Below the pieces are notes generated by a model that was not told the DNA's origin, did not search any database, and worked only from the letters and a program-made list of their open reading frames with translations. A program made the position numbers and the translations under genes. Below, piece after piece: positions 18,977-29,379 of a stretch of DNA of 64,000 nt (its first letter is position 1; each line of letters begins with the position of its first letter). Location: NCBI GenBank assembly GCA_044347345.1, contig JBIKUX010000014.1:9434-73433 (forward strand). The letters are read 5' to 3'. The stretch comes from Bdellovibrionota bacterium (GTDB lineage Bacteria > Bdellovibrionota_C > UBA2361 > JBIKUX01).

Positions 18977-19987
18977 ATGATCGATAAAAATGACAATGCT
19001 CATGCACTAACGCAAGAAATAGAGGCCTTTCGAGATAGATTTAATAAAATAGAGCGCGAACTGGCTAAAGTTATTGTAGGCAATAACATGATAGTTAGGT
19101 CAACTCTTGGATCTATATTTGCCGGAGGTCACGTTTTACTTGAAGGGGTACCAGGATTAGGCAAAACTCTTCTTATAAAATCTATTGCTAGAGTATTAGG
19201 ACTATCTTTTAAACGAATCCAATTCACTCCAGATTTAATGCCCTCAGATATCACAGGTACTCAAGTGCTTGGTAAAGACGAGACAGGTGAGAGAAGCTTT
19301 ATTTTTAAACCAGGACCACTCTTTGCAAATATTATCCTCGCTGATGAAATAAATCGAGCTACTCCAAAAACCCAATCAGCTCTTCTAGAGGCAATGGAAG
19401 AGCGACAAGTCACAGTCTTAGATAAAACATACAAACTTCCATCTCCTTTCTTTGTACTAGCAACCCAGAATCCCGTGGATCTAGAGGGAACTTATCCTCT
19501 TCCTGAGGCTCAACTTGATCGTTTTCTATTTAAAGTTCTTGTAACCTCTCCTACTCCTGAAGAATTAAAAGAAATATTAATAAGAACAACCGGAGCAACT
19601 ATTCCAGAAGTTCGCAGTGTCTTTTCATCAGAGGAGAGTGCTGAGGTGGTAAACAACATGAAAAACTTAGTGCGAAAAGTTTTTATTCCAGAGCCTCTTC
19701 AAGAAGTGCTCATTCGTATGATCGGTGCTTTAACACCCGGAACAAAGTTTGCGACAAACAAAGTAAAGCAATATCTTCGATTTGGCCCTGGTCCAAGAGG
19801 AGCTCAAGCTGTAATTATGGCCGCTAAATTTTTAGCTATCCTAGACGGTCGTATAAACGTATCATTTGACGATATGCGAGTAGTTTTGCCTCCAGCCCTC
19901 AGACATAGACTAATACTTAATTTTCATGCAGAGGCTGAGGGAATAACATCTGATGCTATAATTGCTGAAGTAGCTAATGCGAAGTAA
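18977..19987 (+). CDS. moxR: MoxR family AAA+ ATPase
   Basis: GVPGLGKT, RIQFTPDLMPSDITG, LADEINRATPKTQSALLEAM, ATQNP, PEAQLDRF. Confidence 0.95.
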   Translation: MIDKNDNAHALTQEIEAFRDRFNKIERELAKVIVGNNMIVRSTLGSIFAGGHVLLEGVPGLGKTLLIKSIARVLGLSFKRIQFTPDLMPSDITGTQVLGKDETGERSFIFKPGPLFANIILADEINRATPKTQSALLEAMEERQVTVLDKTYKLPSPFFVLATQNPVDLEGTYPLPEAQLDRFLFKVLVTSPTPEELKEILIRTTGATIPEVRSVFSSEESAEVVNNMKNLVRKVFIPEPLQEVLIRMIGALTPGTKFATNKVKQYLRFGPGPRGAQAVIMAAKFLAILDGRINVSFDDMRVVLPPALRHRLILNFHAEAEGITSDAIIAEVANAK

Positions 19988-19992
19988 ACGCA

Positions 19993-20883
19993 ATGCCTTT
20001 AAATGCTTTAGACCCCGCGACGCTTCGAAAGCTTGATGCATTAACGCTTCAAACCAACCGCTCCCTTCGTGGATTCAGAATAGGAAATCATCGTTCATTA
20101 AGTCGTGGACAAGGTATTGAGTTCGCTGACTATCGTAATTACATCTCTGGCGACAATCCGAGAAACATAGATTGGGGAGTCTATGGTCGCACTGAAAAAC
20201 TTTATGTGCGTACTTACACTGAAGAGCAAAATTTATCTGTACTTATTTATCTTGATAGCAGTAACTCAATGCGCTGTACAAAAAACTCCGACAAATGGCA
20301 CTGGGCTACAAATATTTTTGCAGCTCTTGCTTATATAGGCATCCGAGACAGAGAAAGAGTGCTGTTAAGTAGTGGAATATTTAATACTCCGGTCTCTATC
20401 AGCAATCTTCCAGAGCTACGCTCAATCGCCGAGCAGGCAATTGATGCTCCTAAGTATGCGACAGGCGTTAAACTCCTCCCCGAGGTTGACCTTGAAATCT
20501 TAACTAATACTCTTAGTAAGCTTAAAACACCGGGAATAGGAATAATTCTTTCTGATTTTCTAATGCCTCTTACAGATATACAACAAATTATTCTTCGATT
20601 TGTTTCACACAATTTTAATATAATTGCTGTTCAAATTATCTCGCATCAAGACCTTGCTCCCTTTGGTAATACAAGTCATGGCACTGCATTAGATAGTGAA
20701 ACCGGAGAAGAGTTGATAGTTTCAGTAGACCCGAACAAATATCTTGAGCAACTTAACCAGCACTACAGTCAAGTATCTCTACTTCTACAAAAAAGCGGTG
20801 CTAAGTTCATAAGATCCAAACCCAAAGAGGATCTTTTTGAATTTTTGAGCCGAAATATTCGCACAAGTGGCATATTACGCTAA
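19993..20883 (+). CDS. DUF58 domain protein
   Basis: GQGIEFADYRNYISGDNPRNIDW, LDSSNSM, ILSDFL; follows moxR. Confidence 0.9.
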   Translation: MPLNALDPATLRKLDALTLQTNRSLRGFRIGNHRSLSRGQGIEFADYRNYISGDNPRNIDWGVYGRTEKLYVRTYTEEQNLSVLIYLDSSNSMRCTKNSDKWHWATNIFAALAYIGIRDRERVLLSSGIFNTPVSISNLPELRSIAEQAIDAPKYATGVKLLPEVDLEILTNTLSKLKTPGIGIILSDFLMPLTDIQQIILRFVSHNFNIIAVQIISHQDLAPFGNTSHGTALDSETGEELIVSVDPNKYLEQLNQHYSQVSLLLQKSGAKFIRSKPKEDLFEFLSRNIRTSGILR

Positions 20884-20887
20884 GTTC

Positions 20888-22726
20888 ATGAACCAATTAT
20901 TGTCTCTGTCATTTATAAGTCCAATTGCACTAATAGCTATTCCGATAGGATTAGCAGGGCTATTACTCATCTACAAAAAACATCAAAAAAATCCTGCTGT
21001 AGTCGTACCTTCTTTAATAATACTTCGCTCATTCACTACAACAATTTCTCCTCATAAAAAAAAATACATCCCACTTAGATTATTATTTGACCTATTTCTA
21101 ATAATTCTGGCTGCCTTTGGTTTAGCTGGCCTCTATCAGAAACCTACTGGTGATATTGAAACCATAATAATAGATAACTCACTCAGCATGGGTTATTCAT
21201 CTGATTCAGCCGAATCATTACTACAAGGCGCTAAAGATGCTGCGATCAAATACGCTAATAAACTTTCATCCGATACGAGACTTAAAATATTTGAAACCTG
21301 CCCTTCACTCCGTCTTATTAACGAAACTCCACTACAACCAAAGAAGGTTCAAGGAATTATAAAAAATATCTCTTTATGCTATGGCAAAGATGGAATAAAT
21401 AATGCGTTATTGACTCTACCCTCCTACGGTAAAATAAAAATATTTACTGATCATCCTCCAGATTTGGGTGATAGCTTTACTGTTGATTCTCAAATAAGCT
21501 CCACAGTAATAAAATCTTATCCTGAAGCAGAAAATATTGGATTTACGTCGTTTGAAAAAACATCTGATGGTGGTGCCTTAGCTACTATATCGAATAATTT
21601 TTCCACCAGCGTCCAAGCTAGGGTGCAAATAACCTCCTCTTATACAACTCCATCAGATACAAATTTAACTATTCCGACTTGGCGAGATCTAATTTCAATT
21701 CCAGTAACCTTAACTCCTAAAAAGCCTTTATCGCTCCCCATATCCTCAGAAATTTTCAAACCCGATTCAATAATTAAAATTACGATTAATAACGGTGTTG
21801 ATGGTCTAAGCTACGACAATACAATTTATGTAACCCAAGTTACAAATGAAAAGCTTATAAAAGTAATTTCACCCCTACCACACAAATCATTAAGTCTACC
21901 TAATTTTAAGAATCTAAGTTTTTCTCAACCAAATACTCTTAAAAATCAAACTACCAGTGGCTTGATATATCACCGCACTAATCCAGCACAAGCTCTCTCT
22001 CTTCCTCATATTATTATCATGCCTCCAAAAGATAGTTCATTAATAACTTCTGACAATGATTCTGTAGGAATAATTTCAACATGGAATGAACGGCATGAAA
22101 TCACCAGATATATAGATCCTGGAAGCATTAAATTCTCAAACTACCGCACTTTAGCAGCACATTTATCTCTTGATAGAGTTTTTGCAGGGCCGCGTGGCCC
22201 ATTGCTGCTTGCTGGCGAGGAAAATGGAGTAAGAAAAGCTATTGTTGGATTTGAGCTTCTTCCATTTGAAGGACAATCATCACTTTCAGCTAGCATACTT
22301 TTCTTAAATATAGCCTCTTGGGTTTTTAATGTTAATCTCAATCAATCTGAATCGGTAAACAATAAAGGATTGACTATACAACATCTCACAGCTCTAGAGA
22401 GCTCAGTGAAGAATGCTGAATCACTTGCCCTTTCACAAGTAAAAGCAGATCAAGCGATAAACATTCCCGGATTATACCGAGTAACAATGAATGATGATTA
22501 TTCACAAATAATAGCAGTAAATAATTTCTTACCTGAAGAAACAATAGATAGACCAGCAACACTTTCATTTCCGAAAAGAATCGGCGGTCGAAGCCAAGAG
22601 GAAATACCGCCAAAACCTTTGATTAACCAAATAACAATGATACTCGGATTTTTATTGCTAATTGAGACTCTTTTCAGAGCATTCAGCATATTTAAAAATT
22701 CCTATCGTAGTAAACGTACCGCATGA
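20888..22726 (+). CDS. BatA-like/vWA domain membrane protein
   Basis: N-terminal BatA-like TM pair (VPSL motif), MIDAS-like IDNSLSM, IFTD, C-terminal TM helix. ATG 20888 preferred over GTG 20867. Confidence 0.75.
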   Translation: MNQLLSLSFISPIALIAIPIGLAGLLLIYKKHQKNPAVVVPSLIILRSFTTTISPHKKKYIPLRLLFDLFLIILAAFGLAGLYQKPTGDIETIIIDNSLSMGYSSDSAESLLQGAKDAAIKYANKLSSDTRLKIFETCPSLRLINETPLQPKKVQGIIKNISLCYGKDGINNALLTLPSYGKIKIFTDHPPDLGDSFTVDSQISSTVIKSYPEAENIGFTSFEKTSDGGALATISNNFSTSVQARVQITSSYTTPSDTNLTIPTWRDLISIPVTLTPKKPLSLPISSEIFKPDSIIKITINNGVDGLSYDNTIYVTQVTNEKLIKVISPLPHKSLSLPNFKNLSFSQPNTLKNQTTSGLIYHRTNPAQALSLPHIIIMPPKDSSLITSDNDSVGIISTWNERHEITRYIDPGSIKFSNYRTLAAHLSLDRVFAGPRGPLLLAGEENGVRKAIVGFELLPFEGQSSLSASILFLNIASWVFNVNLNQSESVNNKGLTIQHLTALESSVKNAESLALSQVKADQAINIPGLYRVTMNDDYSQIIAVNNFLPEETIDRPATLSFPKRIGGRSQEEIPPKPLINQITMILGFLLLIETLFRAFSIFKNSYRSKRTA

Positions 22727-25287
22727 TACCAAACTTTAATTTTAATATTTTTGCAGGTGATTTTTCATTTTCTCATCCGACAGCTCTGGCGGTAGGAATA
22801 GCAATAACACTTATTATTTTCTTATGTAGTTTTTCAAACACAATAAGACGTTTGGTTGGACTTTCGCGCTCAGTCATGATTATCAGAGCAATTCTTATTG
22901 CTATTTTAAGTCTGATAATCGCACACCCTATCACAACTAATAAAACACAGATAAAAACCCTTATTGCTGCGGTAGATATGAGCCGCAGTATGGATGTTAC
23001 TGTAAGACAAAAACTCTTATCTAAATTAAATAAATTTAAAGAAAGCGACACAGTAATTAAAATTATTCCTTTTGGTCGTAACGTTGGAAAATCCATTAAA
23101 TTGGAGGGCAATGAATTTAATAACGGAGATTTTTTTATCCCACCGGATCAAGTTGTCTCTGATGCTACAGACCTCACAAAAGTTCTAACAACTATAAATC
23201 AAGAAGAAGCATCAGCAGCATTTCTTTTATCAGACGGCTTTGCTACTGAAGGCAATCTGAACCAACTTCTTTCTTCTGCTCAAGAACTTTCAATACCACT
23301 CCATATAATTACTGATGACACCAATGAACCAGCGCCTTCTTTATCTATCTCTCAATTTTCAGTACCTCTAACAGCATTGCCAGGTGAGGCAGTACCGCTA
23401 CGAGTAAGTGTGATGAATTCATTTGCTGAAGAAAAAATTGGTAGATTGATAATTAAACAATCAGATCAGGAGTTATTTAATCAGACAATTACAATAAAAG
23501 GTGGAGAAGAGCCTGTATACGCTCAATTAAGTCAATCATCCCAAGAAGGGTTACAGGAAATTGTAGCGACTTTTACCCCTAACGATAAAAACCTGCCTCC
23601 AACAACTAGACGGGCTTTTTTAGCAGCTCAAAAAAGACCAAAAGTACTTCTTTTAAGTGGTTCTTCTGAAGACGAGTCACTGATTAAGAGCGTACTCACA
23701 GAACTTGGTCACGAGCTTTCGCTAACATTCTCAAACAAAGACAGCCTCACCGTAGAAAACTACCGCGGAGTTATTTTAAATAATATCTCTCATCAAAATC
23801 TGCCCCTTGGTATTACAAAATATTTAGATAATTATGTTCGCTCAGGAGGAGGACTTTTAGTAATCGGAGGAAACCGAAGTTATGGAATCGGAGGATACAC
23901 CAATACTACTATCGGACGGCTTTTTCCAGTTGAATCAATTCCCCCAAAAGCTGAACAAAAAAGGATCAATATAGCTCTTTCTCTTATACTTGATAAGTCA
24001 CGAAGTATGGCTTCAGATGATCGCTTAATTTATGCAAGAGAGGCAGCTAAAGAAGTGATAAATCATCTAAAAGATGAGGATTATATAGGAGTAATTGGAT
24101 TTGACTCTACCCCTTTTGTTGTTGTCCGAATGGGTCAATTATTATCTACTCGACAACAAGCTCTTCAAAGAATAGAGCGACTATTTCCGGCAGGACGCAC
24201 TAATCTACTACCCGCTTTAGATGAAGCACGTCGAACTCTAGAGAATACTCCTGCTGGTAGAAAGCATATAATCGTACTCACAGATGGCCGTTTACCAGAC
24301 GGTGGTGCGTACTACATTGATATAGTACGCGATATGCGAACAAGCGGAATAACGGTTAGTACTGTTCTATTAGGAGGAGATCTTAACGATGGAACGCTTG
24401 AAGGAATGGCACAAATTGGTGGCGGAAACTTTTATCAAACTGATTCTGCTAGGTCACTACCTCGAATATTCCTCCAAGATGTAATGGTTTCTGGAGCGGA
24501 TCGTACAATGGAAGAAGAATCTGAATTTTTCGTTAAAAGAGGCTCAGGTTCTCTGTCTTCGACATCATTAACTTCCTTTCCACCGCTCCGCGGTTTTGTT
24601 CATACTGAACCAAAACCTAACGCAAATATTGAACTTGTGCTTCAAACTCAAAAAGGTGATGAACCACTCCTTGCTAGTTGGAAGATCGATAAAGGAAAAG
24701 TAGTGGCTTTTACATCAGATGCAAACAGCCGGTGGAGTAACTTCTGGGCAAAATGGCCAAAATTTTCAATTTTTTGGGGTGAAATTCTTTCCTCTATCTT
24801 ACCTAAGGAGTCCTCTGAGCAAATATCTTTTGGACTACGCCACTTTGTTGAGTTAGGAACACTAATAATCGAACCAACCATATACAAAGAAGGTATAAGT
24901 AATCTCACAGCATCAGTAGTATCTCCTCAAGGTACTAAATCATCTCTTACCTTTACTTCTGAAACTCCGGGTTTATTCCGCGGACAAATTCAAAATCCTG
25001 AGGCAGGAGCTTATAAAATTACCCTTTCTGCTAACGGTACCCCACTTCCTGAAATTGCGATTGTTTTGGATGGCAACAATATTGGTGAACAACCGTGGCG
25101 AGGCTTTAACAATTCTCTTCTCTCGCAACTTGCTACTGCCAGTCGCGGATCTATCAATCCATCACCAAATATTTTACCTAAATCTGGGCGAACAATTGAA
25201 AAAATAACCTCTCTAACATCTCCGTTATTTGCTCTTTTTATTGTCACCTTACTTCTTGAGGCTCTCATACGCATTCGTCAACAATAA
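22723..25287 (+). CDS. Double-vWA + class-I glutamine-amidotransferase-like domain membrane protein
   Basis: VDMSRSM...LLSDG and LDKSRSM...VLTDG MIDAS sets, GGGLLVIGG..SYGIGGY..T (GATase1-like), terminal TM helices. Confidence 0.8.
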   Translation: MIPNFNFNIFAGDFSFSHPTALAVGIAITLIIFLCSFSNTIRRLVGLSRSVMIIRAILIAILSLIIAHPITTNKTQIKTLIAAVDMSRSMDVTVRQKLLSKLNKFKESDTVIKIIPFGRNVGKSIKLEGNEFNNGDFFIPPDQVVSDATDLTKVLTTINQEEASAAFLLSDGFATEGNLNQLLSSAQELSIPLHIITDDTNEPAPSLSISQFSVPLTALPGEAVPLRVSVMNSFAEEKIGRLIIKQSDQELFNQTITIKGGEEPVYAQLSQSSQEGLQEIVATFTPNDKNLPPTTRRAFLAAQKRPKVLLLSGSSEDESLIKSVLTELGHELSLTFSNKDSLTVENYRGVILNNISHQNLPLGITKYLDNYVRSGGGLLVIGGNRSYGIGGYTNTTIGRLFPVESIPPKAEQKRINIALSLILDKSRSMASDDRLIYAREAAKEVINHLKDEDYIGVIGFDSTPFVVVRMGQLLSTRQQALQRIERLFPAGRTNLLPALDEARRTLENTPAGRKHIIVLTDGRLPDGGAYYIDIVRDMRTSGITVSTVLLGGDLNDGTLEGMAQIGGGNFYQTDSARSLPRIFLQDVMVSGADRTMEEESEFFVKRGSGSLSSTSLTSFPPLRGFVHTEPKPNANIELVLQTQKGDEPLLASWKIDKGKVVAFTSDANSRWSNFWAKWPKFSIFWGEILSSILPKESSEQISFGLRHFVELGTLIIEPTIYKEGISNLTASVVSPQGTKSSLTFTSETPGLFRGQIQNPEAGAYKITLSANGTPLPEIAIVLDGNNIGEQPWRGFNNSLLSQLATASRGSINPSPNILPKSGRTIEKITSLTSPLFALFIVTLLLEALIRIRQQ

Positions 25288-25502
25288 CTACAGACATTTA
25301 TTTTTAAGATAAATTTAAATATAAAATTTACTTTGTCTTAGATGTAGTTTCACACTATTTCTAGATATCAGCTCCAGTTCTATCAGCAATGGATGCTTCA
25401 AAAGTTTTTTCTATAAAGAAAACTTAGAGGTCTTTCTTTTAACGACTTGTGCCTTTAAAGGAGATATTATGCCAGTATTTCCATTTATTTGAGTAAATAG
25501 TA

Positions 25503-25997
25503 ATGCAAATTTTATCTCGTAAATTTTGGTTGCTTAAAACTGAACCATATTCATACTCGATTCATGATTTTGCTCGTGAAGGAATTACCTGTTGGGAAGG
25601 TGTAAGAAATTATCAAGCACGCAATTTTCTAAAAACCATGAAATGTGGTGATATTGCTTTTATTTACCACTCTTCTACTTCTATTCCAGGAATAGTAGGA
25701 GTAGGTTATGTCAGCTCGGAGGCAATTCCCGATCCAACACAGTTCAAACCTGAAAGTCCATTTTACGATAAAAAAGCAAGAATAGAGGCTCCTCGTTGGT
25801 GGGCTCCCCAGATTAAATTTATTGGAAATTCATCGGACGTAATTACTAGAAAGATGCTTTCTCTTTCAGCTCAAACTTCGTCAATGCGAGTCCTTCAAAA
25901 AGGAAATCGACTTAGTGTTTTACCACTCGAAAATTCTGAAGGTGCGTTTATTTTAAGTAACTGGTTTGAAAAATCTATTTTAGAAAAAATAAGCTAG
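25503..25997 (+). CDS. EVE domain protein
   Basis: WLLKTEP, WEGVRNYQARNFL, FIYHS, RLSVLP. Confidence 0.92.
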   Translation: MQILSRKFWLLKTEPYSYSIHDFAREGITCWEGVRNYQARNFLKTMKCGDIAFIYHSSTSIPGIVGVGYVSSEAIPDPTQFKPESPFYDKKARIEAPRWWAPQIKFIGNSSDVITRKMLSLSAQTSSMRVLQKGNRLSVLPLENSEGAFILSNWFEKSILEKIS

Positions 25998-26003
25998 TAA
26001 CGA

Positions 26004-26528
26004 TTACAACACTACTGCTTCTAACGGATACAAAAAACCACCTATTAATTGCTCTAATAATTTCCAATTAAAATTTGCTCCTGGATCTATCTTGCGCTCA
26101 GGAGCTATATCATTGTGCCCAAGTATATACTTTATTTTATTACGAGCCATAATATAGACAATTAGTCTTGAGAGTGCGCGGTACTGTATTTCAGGATATT
26201 CATAAGTAATGTCGCTACAATCACCACATAGCTCTATGCCAATACTAAAATCATTTACTCCGACTCGTCTATCATCAGGTAACGGAAGCATACTTTCACC
26301 AGCATGGCGAGCGCGAAATTTCTCATCGACACACCAAGCTATCTCACCTTGAGTGCCTATTAAATAATGAATAGATACCTCTTGCTGCTCTAATAGCTTT
26401 GCACATTCAAAAATTGAATACCGTCTATTACAGGTAAACTCTGGATGATAAATAGAATGAATAACAATGGTATCGATTACTACATTAGACGGTCGTTCAC
26501 GATAAAAAGAAAGCGGAATTCTTATCAC
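26004..26528 (-). CDS. N-acetylmuramoyl-L-alanine amidase (Amidase_2, AmpD-like)
   Basis: IVIHS, SIHYLI, ARHAG, NDFSIGIEL, GHNDIAPERKIDPG. Confidence 0.9.
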   Translation of the reverse strand: MIRIPLSFYRERPSNVVIDTIVIHSIYHPEFTCNRRYSIFECAKLLEQQEVSIHYLIGTQGEIAWCVDEKFRARHAGESMLPLPDDRRVGVNDFSIGIELCGDCSDITYEYPEIQYRALSRLIVYIMARNKIKYILGHNDIAPERKIDPGANFNWKLLEQLIGGFLYPLEAVVL

Positions 26529-26562
26529 AGTAAAACCGTATTTAAATAACTAGCCTACTTAT

Positions 26563-27717
26563 TTATTTGTCGGCTGTACCTGGAACTGTACCTGGCACTT
26601 GGTTTGTATCTTTTTCTTTGGGTTTATCATTTATACTATCAGCCATTGCCCCAACTAGACCAAGTTGTTTTAGTAATTCATTAGTGTCAGTCTTGCGCAC
26701 ATCTAATCCTTGCGCCGAACCGTTTTGTTCAGAACCTTCTAATAGAATAAACTGACTTTTTTGCCGAGCAAGAGCTTGAGCAATCGCCAGCCTTACAATT
26801 TTATCAGCTCCGGACTGTCCTAAAGCATCAATTTGTGCCCTCAGTGCTTCAACTTTAGCGAGCTCCTCTGCCTTCTTCTGCTCAGCTTTGTTTTTCTTTT
26901 CAATCAAGTAAGATTCTCCACGAATCTTTGCTCGACGCAATTCCCCTTCAGCTTCGGCCAACAAACGATTGTTCTCTCCTTCAACTCTTTGCAGTTCACC
27001 TCTTAACTGCTCTCGCAATGTTTCTTGCTTATTCTCAGCCAATCTTCTTTTTTCTTGAAGTTCTTGAGTCTCATTTATAGCCTCTTGGTAGCGGTCATCT
27101 GGCTTTTGATCTTCTCCACGATATCTTTCAAAAAGATGCCCCTGATAATCCAAAAGAGTAACATTTATACCCTCGGTTGCTAAGCGAGCTTGCATTGAAT
27201 TTCGAACTCTAGTCACGGCAGCTCTTCGTACCTCCGAGCGCGAATACTCCTCAGTAGAAAGCGTATTCATGTGGGTGCGAATATCGGCACGAGCTATAAC
27301 CTCAACTAAGTTATCTATCTCCTGTTGAGTATCTCCGACGCGTTCAACAATATGACGAATTGCATCTGGTTTTGGATCTACTTGATACTGAACGGTTATA
27401 CTTAAACTAACTTCGTTACCATCCTTTGTGCGAGTTTCAAGAAAATCTTCCGAAGGCTTTCCCTCTGTTCCCTGCCTTCGACCGAGTGTTAAAACACGCA
27501 TCTTTGTATCAACACGAATCAACTCTTGCCACGGCCAAATAAATTCCTTCTCTGCTGGCGACAATACTCTATTCATAACGCCACCACCCAAAAAGCGAGG
27601 AAGGCGATTAAATAAAACACCATACTCACCAGCTTCAAGAGTCTGGAATCCAACCTCACATCCAGTCATTACAACTACAAATAAAACTAATGTTACATTT
27701 TTAAACATTTGTCTCAT
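26563..27717 (-). CDS. SPFH/band-7 protein (HflK/C-like)
   Basis: N-terminal anchor (MTGC), EYGVLF, TRTKDGNEVSLSITVQY, coiled-coil C-terminal half. Confidence 0.8.
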   Translation of the reverse strand: MRQMFKNVTLVLFVVVMTGCEVGFQTLEAGEYGVLFNRLPRFLGGGVMNRVLSPAEKEFIWPWQELIRVDTKMRVLTLGRRQGTEGKPSEDFLETRTKDGNEVSLSITVQYQVDPKPDAIRHIVERVGDTQQEIDNLVEVIARADIRTHMNTLSTEEYSRSEVRRAAVTRVRNSMQARLATEGINVTLLDYQGHLFERYRGEDQKPDDRYQEAINETQELQEKRRLAENKQETLREQLRGELQRVEGENNRLLAEAEGELRRAKIRGESYLIEKKNKAEQKKAEELAKVEALRAQIDALGQSGADKIVRLAIAQALARQKSQFILLEGSEQNGSAQGLDVRKTDTNELLKQLGLVGAMADSINDKPKEKDTNQVPGTVPGTADK

Positions 27718-28892
27718 GGCTGCCTCTCGATTTTTGTATTCGATATGCCACTTAATCTTTGTAACCAGTTATCAACATCGTAAGGTGAGATACCAGAAAC
27801 TACTCCGCCTTTGAGAGATTCAATCATAGGCAACGCCTCAAGAGCAGTAAGCATACGAGATCCTGATTCATTTTGCAGAGCCTTAAGCTTTTCTTGATAG
27901 ACGATAGCGTCTACAGAATTGACAAGAAAATCACCTTCAGCTCGCTTTTGCCCTTCAAATAGAGTTCCTTCAGAATGTAATACGGCAACCTTCGATGAAG
28001 CAGACTGACGACTATCTTCGATCTCTTGACGCAACTTAGCTTCAAGTTCAGTTGTGCCTTTTTCTATTTCCAAAACATCAGCAAGAGCTCTTGCATATTT
28101 TCGCTTCTGAAGCTCCAAATTCTTTTCAAAAATGCGGTCATCAATCGCTTGAGGATATTGGTACCGCCTTACAAGCACAGCCCAAATCTCAATACCTTTT
28201 TTTGATAATTCCTCATTTAAGGCTGAAAAAGCACGAAAAGCAGCCTCTTCTCTAAGAGTAGGATCATAAAACTCAGCCGTAGAAAGTAACCCTAGTGTAT
28301 CTTTCATCACTCCTTGAGCAGATGTAGCAACGAAACGTAACTGCGCTTCAGGGACAAAACCCAAAGCGTTTACCAGAGCACTCGGACCTTCATGAGACCA
28401 TTTTTTCTTTGAAGCTATTGGAACATTCTCGCTATCACGTTGCGATGTAGAACTAACGACCTGTTCGTTGTTAACCGCATCGGCAGATGAGTAGTAACGA
28501 AGTATAAGTGTAGCATCAACCTTCATTTTAGCACCCTCTCCAGTGGGAATCTCGAGAGAGGGTAGATCTAAATCGCCGTTTAACGATTTTTCACTAAAAT
28601 TTACCACTAATAGATCTTTCGGCAAAATGTGCACCACAGAGACAAAAGGTAACTGCCAGTGCAGACCAGGCGAAAGACCCTCAGGCTGAAAGCCCTCTTT
28701 AATTAGAAACGGTATACCAAAATAACTTTGACGTAAGCCAATTTCATCAGGCCTAACTACCTTGCCAAATAGAAAAAAGGGTAATCCACCAGCTAGCGTC
28801 ACAAAGACAAATAAAACAAAAATAAAACTTAAAAAAGTTGTTAATTTCAAGCCATTATCTGACAAATTTTCAGAAGAATTAGTTTGACTCAT
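27714..28892 (-). CDS. SPFH/band-7 protein (HflK/C-like)
   Basis: TM helix, VRPDEIGLRQ, GLSPGLHWQLPF, VDATL, coiled-coil tail; overlaps its partner by 4 nt. Confidence 0.8.
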   Translation of the reverse strand: MSQTNSSENLSDNGLKLTTFLSFIFVLFVFVTLAGGLPFFLFGKVVRPDEIGLRQSYFGIPFLIKEGFQPEGLSPGLHWQLPFVSVVHILPKDLLVVNFSEKSLNGDLDLPSLEIPTGEGAKMKVDATLILRYYSSADAVNNEQVVSSTSQRDSENVPIASKKKWSHEGPSALVNALGFVPEAQLRFVATSAQGVMKDTLGLLSTAEFYDPTLREEAAFRAFSALNEELSKKGIEIWAVLVRRYQYPQAIDDRIFEKNLELQKRKYARALADVLEIEKGTTELEAKLRQEIEDSRQSASSKVAVLHSEGTLFEGQKRAEGDFLVNSVDAIVYQEKLKALQNESGSRMLTALEALPMIESLKGGVVSGISPYDVDNWLQRLSGISNTKIERQP

Positions 28893-29293
28893 ACTACAAT
28901 ACCTCCGCGTATGCGGACAGGTTTTCCATCTGCCGCAACAGCTACCATTATTACTTCGGCACTAGTTACATGCACAGTTTCAATAGTTTCCACACCTCGC
29001 ATCGCTTCGACCTCTATAGCGATCGTAATAGAAGTATTACCGACTGTTTTGGTGGTAGTCAGGAAACTAACTAAGTCACCCACAAAAACTGGAGCAATAA
29101 AATTTACTTCTCGCATCACCTTTGTCACATACCTAAGGGGAGCAACTCGTCGAGCCTGTTGGAGCGCGGCAAGGTCTATTAAGCTTAAAATATGTCCACC
29201 AAATATATGGCCAAACTGATTTGTATCTCTAGGCATCATTGCCTCACGAATGGCTACAAACCATTCTTTTCCATCTCTCTGAACAGTTGCCAT
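28889..29293 (-). CDS. Acyl-CoA thioesterase (hotdog fold, YciA-like)
   Basis: MPRDTNQFGHIFGGHILSLID, FIAPVFVGD, VGNTSI. Confidence 0.9.
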   Translation of the reverse strand: MATVQRDGKEWFVAIREAMMPRDTNQFGHIFGGHILSLIDLAALQQARRVAPLRYVTKVMREVNFIAPVFVGDLVSFLTTTKTVGNTSITIAIEVEAMRGVETIETVHVTSAEVIMVAVAADGKPVRIRGGIVV

Positions 29294-29379
29294 ATAAAAC
29301 TATCTCCCTCCAACGAAGGTATCTATAAAGTCACGGTAGTATCTAGTCTCAAAACCTCTAATCTGAAGCGTAATCCACA

